A DNA stretch of 64,000 bases from an uncultured virus (IMG/VR IMGVR_UViG_3300009499_000296) (Duplodnaviria; Heunggongvirae; Uroviricota; Caudoviricetes), in IMG/VR virus record IMGVR_UViG_3300009499_000296. The stretch is one strand, 5' to 3'. Shown here piece by piece: positions 57,815 through 64,000 of this stretch; the first letter of the stretch is position 1, and each line of letters opens with the position of its first letter. The notes beneath the pieces were generated by a model. That model worked only from the letters and a program-made list of their open reading frames with translations. It did not search any database and was not told the origin of the DNA. Made by a program: the position numbers and the translations under genes.

Positions 57815-58051
57815 TCATGTCCTTGCCTCCGTAATCGTGCGAGTGGATATGTGCCATTCTACGGCCTCGCCAACCGCAGTCCCAGAGCCGGTTACCTCCC
57901 CGTTCTGAAGTATCGTGGCATCCCTATCTCCTATCTGGACATTCAGGGCCGGCTGACCGTAGATGTCATCGAGCCTCCGCGTCTTGACAAAGCCGAGCGG
58001 CAGAAACGGGGGGCCAAACCTTTCTAGCAGCCTCTCCAATTCCTGAATCAT
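57815..58051 (-). CDS. hypothetical protein
   Basis: AAGGAGG RBS. Confidence 0.5.
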   Translation of the reverse strand: MIQELERLLERFGPPFLPLGFVKTRRLDDIYGQPALNVQIGDRDATILQNGEVTGSGTAVGEAVEWHISTRTITEART

Positions 58052-58093
58052 CAGTAGCCTCCTTCGTGGGTGCATGGACTTTAATAGACACAA

Positions 58094-58259
58094 TGGAGAT
58101 GCCGGGAGTCGAACCCGGGTCCGGGGATCAGTTGCGGAGCTGGTGTAGTCCCAGGGGTGTCCACTCCGGCCCGTTTGGGTCCCGTCGAGGCCCGGGTTGC
58201 GCTGGGATGCGCCGGCACATCCCCTGTAGCACTACCCCGTCGAAGCCTATTCCATCCCC
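58094..58259 (-). ncRNA. ssrA: miniature tmRNA-like RNA (166 nt)
   Basis: 5' GGGGATG..GGCTTCGACGGGG; 3' CCCCGGACCCGGGTTCGACTCCCGGCATCTCCA; 7-bp acceptor stem with G3.U70. Confidence 0.8.
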
Positions 58260-58357
58260 TGTTGTAAACATCGCTGGTGGGTCCCCTATTTCCCCGTTAC
58301 GGCCCTGTGAATGGCCTACCCACCCCGTCCCACTTGAAGGGGGGAGAATCAAGGAGG

Positions 58358-58636
58358 TTATAGTCTGCCCAGCTCGCCTACGATACTGACCAGCGTCTCC
58401 AAGGCCTCCCGCGTGCGTCCCGAGATATAGGTTATGCCCCGGAGGATAGAGTCGATAGTAAATATTGGCGAGGTTTGGCCCTCAACACCCTTCCCTCTCG
58501 GCTCCATCTTCAAGACCGCCAGGATCTGGTCAACAACGTCCAGCAGCTCTGCTGTCTCTTTAGTTAGCTCTTCGAGACGCTCTCTTACTGTAGTCTCTCT
58601 CGGATCTGTCCCCGTATGTGTTTGTGCCGTTGGCAT
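58358..58636 (-). CDS. hypothetical coiled-coil protein
   Basis: GAGGAG RBS. Confidence 0.55.
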   Translation of the reverse strand: MPTAQTHTGTDPRETTVRERLEELTKETAELLDVVDQILAVLKMEPRGKGVEGQTSPIFTIDSILRGITYISGRTREALETLVSIVGELGRL

Positions 58637-58639
58637 CTT

Positions 58640-59035
58640 CTACTCCTCTCTCCAGGCATCGAGTGTCTCGGGATGTTCCCCGACAAACCTCACCGCAATG
58701 GTAGCCAGGAGCTCATCCCACTTACCCCACTCAATGATGTCCACGAGGAGTTCTGCATCCTGCGGGTTGAGTCCCTGCCTGTTAGCCTCTAACAGTACTG
58801 CCTTAATTCGATTGCTCATTCGAGCCTCCTTGTATTCATCGAAAGCCTCGCGACCTTGCCAATCAAGTTCTGAGCTTAAGTGGATAGAAACCGTTGGTGC
58901 TTCTTCAATCGCGCCACAGAACAGGGGCCCCATTGTAAAATGCGCCAAGTAATCCCCTGCCTCTATAGGACTACCATCCCACGTCCCAGTGTTGCCAGCC
59001 GTATCTTTTGTGTCGCCTGTGTCACAAACGCTCAT
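58640..59035 (-). CDS. hypothetical protein
   Basis: GAGGAG RBS. Confidence 0.55.
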   Translation of the reverse strand: MSVCDTGDTKDTAGNTGTWDGSPIEAGDYLAHFTMGPLFCGAIEEAPTVSIHLSSELDWQGREAFDEYKEARMSNRIKAVLLEANRQGLNPQDAELLVDIIEWGKWDELLATIAVRFVGEHPETLDAWREE

Positions 59036-59351
59036 ATTTCTCCTCGACTATTGCCCTGAGATAGTCCCTCATTCTCTCGCCTTGATACATCAGCAGCCGC
59101 AACTTCCTTGCCTTGCTCTCTGCTATTCTCCTTCCAGGTACAAGATACCCGTGGTGAGCAGCGTCGTGACAAGTGAGACAGAGGGTGACTACGTTGGTTT
59201 CAATGTCTAATCCCCCGCTCCCCCTGCTCTTGATGTGGTGAGGAGATAGCCCCATCGCCCCTCCGCAATTCAAACACTTCCCGTCACGATGTAGAACCAT
59301 TTCTCGTAACTTCAGCCAATCTGCCCCCTCGCTTCTATCCGACAACATCAA
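59022..59351 (-). CDS. HNH endonuclease (probably packaging associated)
   Basis: RDGKCLNCG...HHIKSRGSGG.D...NVVTLCLTCH. Confidence 0.88.
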   Translation of the reverse strand: MMLSDRSEGADWLKLREMVLHRDGKCLNCGGAMGLSPHHIKSRGSGGLDIETNVVTLCLTCHDAAHHGYLVPGRRIAESKARKLRLLMYQGERMRDYLRAIVEEKYERL

Positions 59352-59542
59352 TCTCCCTTCACTGCCCCGGCAAGCAACGCAAGCTGCTTTTCGCTCCTCT
59401 GCTCCAAGGCGAACAGCCAGTGATTGTGCGCATTCTGCGCAAACCCAATGGCCAACGCCTCCTCACACCCCAACTTCTTGGCGTGTTCGTACGCTGCATA
59501 CGCCAGGTCTACCGCCCTCTCGTTTACCTGTGAGTACTTCAT
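59348..59542 (-). CDS. hypothetical protein
   Basis: AGGAG RBS; stop/start overlap. Confidence 0.55.
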   Translation of the reverse strand: MKYSQVNERAVDLAYAAYEHAKKLGCEEALAIGFAQNAHNHWLFALEQRSEKQLALLAGAVKGD

Positions 59543-59696
59543 TATCGTAAACTCTCCTGTAGGACTATCCCAATCAAGGTCATCCGAATCTCCTCCTGAA
59601 TTTCTGGGTCTGTGCTGTCCCAGACTGCATCGTACCCCTTCCGCTCGAAAAGATCGCGAATTATCGCCTCCGCTATGCGCTCCGCTTTCTCAAAGT

Positions 59697-59894
59697 TCAT
59701 AGTTCCTCCTCTCTCCGAATCTGCCCGCTGTTATCAGTTCGCAAGTCTTTGATAACGCGCCACACACCCAAGTCTAGCAACGCATGTTTGGTTAGGGCTT
59801 GCAACATAGCATTTGTAGCCCGAGAATCACCAAAGAGCAATCGCGCCACTGCAAATACGATCTCATTGAACGCCTCATTATATTTGTCCCTCAT
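59697..59894 (-). CDS. hypothetical protein
   Basis: AAGGAGGT RBS. Confidence 0.55.
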   Translation of the reverse strand: MRDKYNEAFNEIVFAVARLLFGDSRATNAMLQALTKHALLDLGVWRVIKDLRTDNSGQIRREEEL

Positions 59895-59923
59895 TTCTCT
59901 TGCACCTCCTTACGACAACGCAA

Positions 59924-60109
59924 TCACCACCAACCCATTACACGACCAGCCACGATAAGCGTCAATGCAAAGTTGACCAGCAAGACGAACTGCACCTCGA
60001 ACAGTGCTTCCCCATCAATAACCAGCAAGCTACTGCTCTCAAAAAGTGCCCAGAGAAACTGCGCCCCGCTGAGGATTATCAGAGCCAAGGCAGTACCCCT
60101 GACAAACAT
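59924..60109 (-). CDS. small membrane protein
   Basis: two hydrophobic segments; GGAGG RBS. Confidence 0.45.
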   Translation of the reverse strand: MFVRGTALALIILSGAQFLWALFESSSLLVIDGEALFEVQFVLLVNFALTLIVAGRVMGWW

Positions 60110-60357
60110 ATTCTCCTCCTCGAATCACAAACTCAGCTGACAGACTCAGCAAATGCGATGGCCATGCGCTTGCAATCTTTTCACCTTGCCTATCGTCGCC
60201 CCAACTGCCTCAGCACTACTACCAGCACCACAATCACAACCGCAAATACCGTATACCCTACTCGAATCAGATTTGGGGTCATACTTGCCTCCTTTCTGCC
60301 GCGCTAGGCGGCCTAACGGACTAGACTGAGTTACACAGTCCTAAGTACAGCACATTC

Positions 60358-60462
60358 GTAGTGGGGCGGGCTGCTGCCCGATTCTCTAAGGACTAAGGAG
60401 CCCCAGCGGGACTGAAGTTCTCGGTGCTCTCGGCACCAACTGAACTATACCCGCCCCACTAC
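60358..60462 (-). ncRNA. putative structured RNA closed by a 13-bp stem
   Basis: GTAGTGGGGCGGG/CCCGCCCCACTAC, starting right after a promoter. Confidence 0.5.
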
Positions 60463-60466
60463 CCAT

Positions 60467-60494
60467 AGTATAGCACAATTCCAGGATTTGTCAA
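60467..60494 (-). promoter_or_regulatory. sigma70-type promoter heading the minus-strand arm
   Basis: TTGACA-N16-TATACT with TG extension. Confidence 0.75.
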
Positions 60495-60661
60495 GTTCTC
60501 TGTACACATACACAAATACCCCCAAAATTCTCGCGGGTTGTTAAGTGTATGTATGTGAATGTTCAAAGTGAGCATACCCCCTCGTATCTCATGAATAACT
60601 AGGGCTCCTGGTAGTCAGGAGCCCTAGTATATTGCCCCAGTGGGGCTAGGAAGGGACCACA

Positions 60662-60865
60662 GTGTTCTATCTCTACGTTCCGGTCAAGGTTTCCTCTAAC
60701 CCGATGGTCTGCGAGCGCCTGGGTGAGTACAGGGTCGTCCGCGCTCGCCTGGCCGTCTCTGGTCTGAAGGCTGCTCTGGCTTTGGCTGAGTCCAAGCGGA
60801 TGGACTTGCAAGAGGCTGGAGTTCCAGAGGCAGTGGTTGCCTCCATGCGCCTGGTGACCTGCTAA
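60662..60865 (+). CDS. hypothetical protein
   Basis: GTG start with AGGAAGG RBS. Confidence 0.45.
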   Translation: MFYLYVPVKVSSNPMVCERLGEYRVVRARLAVSGLKAALALAESKRMDLQEAGVPEAVVASMRLVTC

Positions 60866-60874
60866 CAATCTATA

Positions 60875-60938
60875 ACTCCTCTGCATGGTGCAGCACACTA
60901 TAAACGTGTGTGGGGGTTCGAATCCCCTAAGAGGAGTG
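60875..60938 (+). ncRNA. tRNA-like element with a truncated D-arm
   Basis: 8-bp closing stem, 5-bp/7-nt anticodon-like arm, GGGGG-TTCGAAT-CCCCT T-arm. Confidence 0.55.
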
Positions 60939-61156
60939 TGGTGTCTATTGGGCTCTCCTCTCACGAGAGTCGCTGAGAGAGGCTCACCCGTGGGGCATAG
61001 AGGCGCTCACACCTGGAGTGAGGCGGCCAGGGGCTGATCCCCCCGTTTGCCTTGGCTTCTATTGCGGGTGCAAGGGTGTGTGGCTGGTACGGTATTGACC
61101 GTACCTACATCACTCAGGGCCTCTCGTGAGGGGAGAGACATAGAAAGGAACGAGCA

Positions 61157-61378
61157 ATGACCCGCAAGTACATCAATGGGATGGTAGCAGCCCTTCGGCG
61201 AAATGGGCTGGTGACACTGGACACAGAGAGCATCTTCCAGAACCTGCGCCAGTTAGAGCAGTATCACGGTGTCACCATCACCGATGCCGTGATACGCAGA
61301 GAGCTAGGCCGACTGGGGATTCCCTCTTTTCGGGGAGTGTCTCAGGGCTCTCGTCGGATGGCACACTCGCCTGCATAG
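61157..61378 (+). CDS. hypothetical protein
   Basis: GAAAGGA RBS. Confidence 0.6.
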   Translation: MTRKYINGMVAALRRNGLVTLDTESIFQNLRQLEQYHGVTITDAVIRRELGRLGIPSFRGVSQGSRRMAHSPA

Positions 61379-61923
61379 CATCCGACAATGCATAACCGAA
61401 TAGCAAACAGGCCATCTGCCCTTCATTGCCACGCTCTCCAGGGAGATAGATGAAGGGCAGTTGCGTGTCTGTTATTCAACATGAAAGGAGAGAAGCGTGT
61501 ACGAAGTCTTTGATGTCGTTAGCAAGAGGAGACTTGCCACCGCCACGTCTTTGTGGATGGCAGAGATAGAAGCCCGTCACCGGACACTGAAGGGGCAGGT
61601 TGTGGGTATCAGGTACATCCCCCTGTTGTATAGCCAATACAAAAGGCCATCTGCTGCCAGAAGGCGCTAGTAGAAAGGGGAGAGACGTGATAGCGTTCTC
61701 TATTGAGTTGGGAAATCCAAGCAACACTATAACAGTCTACGATGTCGTAGACGCAATATGGTACGAGAAGAAGGTGTATCCAGTCACCCATGAGGAGGCG
61801 CTGGATGCAGCAGAGAGGCTAGGGGTAAAGCCCTGCTTTAAGGGTCCCTTCCTAGCCTCCACACTGTGTAATGATGGCAGCCCACGGAAGTGGGCCAATA
61901 ATGGTATCGGCTAGGAGGCATAC

Positions 61924-62550
61924 GTGAACGTTAAGCAAAGCAAGGCCCTATCCCGGGCAACCAACGTATTGGCTACAATGGGGTGGCTGAGAGAAGACAT
62001 AAAGGAAGCCCGCGAGAGACCCAAGGACATGATGGATGTCATCGCTTACTACACTGATGACAAGGAACTGAAGCAATGGGCCTGGGATGCTCGTGAGCTC
62101 TTCCCTGAGCCCGAGCCTCCCTGCACAGCCCTGGTGTGCACAGACCAGGGCCGTGTCACAGTGGAGGCTGTGGGTATTCTGGAGCTCCAGAGACCCACAG
62201 TTAACAGAATAGCAGCAAGGGAGCTGCTAGAGTTAGGTGCACCCTTTACCACTATCGTTGAGTCCGTGCCAGTCATTCCCCTAAAGGAGGGATCTGTGAA
62301 CCTCGTAGACGACCTAGTAAGTGCCGTTGACGCCTTTCTTCCCTTGGATGTCCCGGAGGAGGGAATTGAGGACATCGCCGAGGTGACGCTAAAGGAACTT
62401 GGTACCATTCATTCTCAGTTCCCAGTCCTTAACGGATTGAGAGTGGTCACCTGGGAGAGGGACAGTAAGAGGTTCTCCATTCCCGTGAGGGAAGAGAACC
62501 TGGAGAGACATCTGTCTCTCTATCTAAACGCCGGCTGGGCTACAGCCTAA
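61924..62550 (+). CDS. hypothetical protein
   Basis: AGGAGG RBS, GTG start, followed by a terminator. Confidence 0.65.
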   Translation: MNVKQSKALSRATNVLATMGWLREDIKEARERPKDMMDVIAYYTDDKELKQWAWDARELFPEPEPPCTALVCTDQGRVTVEAVGILELQRPTVNRIAARELLELGAPFTTIVESVPVIPLKEGSVNLVDDLVSAVDAFLPLDVPEEGIEDIAEVTLKELGTIHSQFPVLNGLRVVTWERDSKRFSIPVREENLERHLSLYLNAGWATA

Positions 62551-62571
62551 CCAGCCAGACCTTACCACTCA

Positions 62572-62630
62572 GACGGGATGGCAGTTCCTGTCTCTCTATC
62601 ATCCGGTGGACTGCCATCCTGTTCTTTTTT
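62572..62630 (+). terminator. intrinsic terminator
   Basis: ACGGGATGGCAGTTC...GGACTGCCATCCTGT followed by a T-run. Confidence 0.6.
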
Positions 62631-62865
62631 CCAAGCCTCTGCTGCGCTTCACCCACAGAGCAGACCTGCTCTAGGGGGTCAGGTCAGCCGCCAGACTCCC
62701 AAAGGGCCACTAGCTTCTTTCGGGCCCGAATGAAGGTGCTGATGTTCTGTGTAATCACAGCAGCCTGCATCTCGTCCAATAGCTTCTTGACTCTCTTGTC
62801 CATGTTACACCTGTAACCTCGCACGGGGTGGAAACACCCCTCAACTGTTACACCTGTAACACTCA

Positions 62866-62941
62866 TTATAGCACACTTAAGGCGTCAAGTCAAGTGAATA
62901 CGTGAGATAAACTTGACAAAACCGAATATCTGTGCTATAAT
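62866..62941. promoter_or_regulatory. divergent sigma70 promoter pair
   Basis: minus strand TTGACT-N17-TATAAT; plus strand TTGACA(62913)-N17-TATAAT(62941). Confidence 0.75.
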
Positions 62942-63087
62942 ATGGGGTACAAAGAGACAGTTGCTAGATACCTTATTGCGACAAGTTGCAATAAGAGGGG
63001 GGAAAAATAATACCTCTGTGTGGGGTAGTGGGTATCCGCTGTAAAACTAGGTCGGTTTCATCCGACAACGCATGAAAGGAGTGTTCG

Positions 63088-63324
63088 GTGAATAAAGCTC
63101 TACAGAATGCCCTTGAGCAACTGAAAGGCAGCATTAGGGAGAAGCGCGGGGTCGCAATATTCCCCTACGAGGCCCAAGCCCTGCTGGATGAACGGACTGC
63201 CCTGCGGGACGTGTGCAAGGCACTTAGCGCCTGGTTTGACCAAGCAGGGGTGCCAATGCGGGGCTACAATCCTATCGTAGAGAGGGCCCGTGTCGCTATT
63301 GCCAAGTCATCTGACAACGTATAG
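63088..63324 (+). CDS. hypothetical early protein
   Basis: motif plus GAAAGGAG RBS. Confidence 0.65.
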   Translation: MNKALQNALEQLKGSIREKRGVAIFPYEAQALLDERTALRDVCKALSAWFDQAGVPMRGYNPIVERARVAIAKSSDNV

Positions 63325-63338
63325 AAAGGTGAGTAGAA

Positions 63339-63638
63339 ATGAGGTATCAAATCTTCAGTGACGATAAAGTTGGCACATGGGCTGTTCTGTTTGATCGGTC
63401 GCCCTTCTGTTATGGCGAATTGTCGCAAGAGGAGCGGCAAGGGATTGAGGAGATTCTCACGCAGAATAGCCTCATTCGAGACGAGCAGATAGCAGATGCA
63501 ATAACCCATCGCAGTGTGCGGGTTCGGGTAAAGCCGCAATTCTGCCTAACACTCGTTGCACCTAACGCGGCTAGTCGCTACGATGAACTGCCAGGATATA
63601 GCTATTGGGATGATCCTACTCCTGGCGAGGAAAGGTAA
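63339..63638 (+). CDS. hypothetical early protein
   Basis: motif plus GAAAGG RBS. Confidence 0.65.
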   Translation: MRYQIFSDDKVGTWAVLFDRSPFCYGELSQEERQGIEEILTQNSLIRDEQIADAITHRSVRVRVKPQFCLTLVAPNAASRYDELPGYSYWDDPTPGEER

Positions 63639-63716
63639 TACCTCTAAGTGGGCTGGGGTTCTTGGGGTGTGTGAGTGTGACAATTTCATCTGACAACGTA
63701 TGAAAGGAGAAACGGA

Positions 63717-63920
63717 ATGACAGACGCACGCTATTTTGAGTGCCAGACTTGTAGCCAAGTCGTACAGGGCTGGCACGCAGCACACGAGTGGATTCAGTGT
63801 TGCTCCCGTCCCCATTATCATGAAGTCCCGGGGCCGCAGGAGGAGCCGGAGAGGTTCTGGTGCGCATACTGTGGCACAGAGTATGATGGGCATCACGACT
63901 GCCCTAATCCCAGGCTATAG
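63717..63920 (+). CDS. small Cys/His-rich early protein
   Basis: motif plus GAAAGGAG RBS; CxxC pairs. Confidence 0.65.
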   Translation: MTDARYFECQTCSQVVQGWHAAHEWIQCCSRPHYHEVPGPQEEPERFWCAYCGTEYDGHHDCPNPRL

Positions 63921-64000
63921 CTTGCACGGGCTATGTCATCCGACAACATATGAAAGGAGTGAAGGCATGGCTGCTTCGATTATCCCAGCGGCAGGGTCAG

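Noticed and set aside
9700..58000. Many plus-strand ORFs antisense to the late genes
   Set aside because: Shadow frames of GC-rich coding sequence without RBS; only 29077-29262 and 41242-41679 have their own promoter and RBS
58066..58389. ORFs 58066-58389 (+) and 58128-58352 (-)
   Set aside because: They overlap the tmRNA-like RNA and lack a convincing RBS or protein features
57815..59035. Small terminase subunit upstream of TerL
   Set aside because: None of these ORFs shows a recognisable TerS HTH; left as hypothetical
1..64000. Integrase, repressor or att site indicating a prophage
   Set aside because: No recombinase motifs or host genes recognised; lifestyle cannot be determined from this window

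Overview
The window appears to hold most of a tailed dsDNA phage genome (siphovirus-like layout). The plus-strand arms (1-9.2 kb and 60.6-64 kb) carry small early genes, a lambda-O/DnaC-type replication pair, a free-standing LAGLIDADG endonuclease, ASCH, MazG-like and AAA-ATPase genes. The long minus-strand arm (9.2-60.3 kb) runs HNH - TerL - ~8 kb glycan-modification cluster - portal - scaffold - major capsid - head/tail - tail tube - chaperones - 2257-aa tape measure - tail tip/fibres - endolysin - holin. No integrase, repressor, DNA polymerase or cas gene was recognised. Highlights: (1) the N-terminal part of the tape-measure protein carries colinear beta/beta'-like motifs including a DxDxD, suggesting a tail-tape-fused virion RNA polymerase; (2) an 11-bp asymmetric motif ATCCGACAACG recurs genome-wide and sits just ahead of the RBS of putative earliest genes; (3) a 166-nt mini-tmRNA with an intact tRNA-like domain but no evident tag frame; (4) a cas-less type I-E CRISPR mini-array in its own transcription unit; (5) two group I introns in the capsid gene, one apparently ending in A instead of omega-G, the other with an antisense homing endonuclease; (6) several tRNA-like or structured RNAs. 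All product calls come from motifs read by eye and from gene order; no database search was run.
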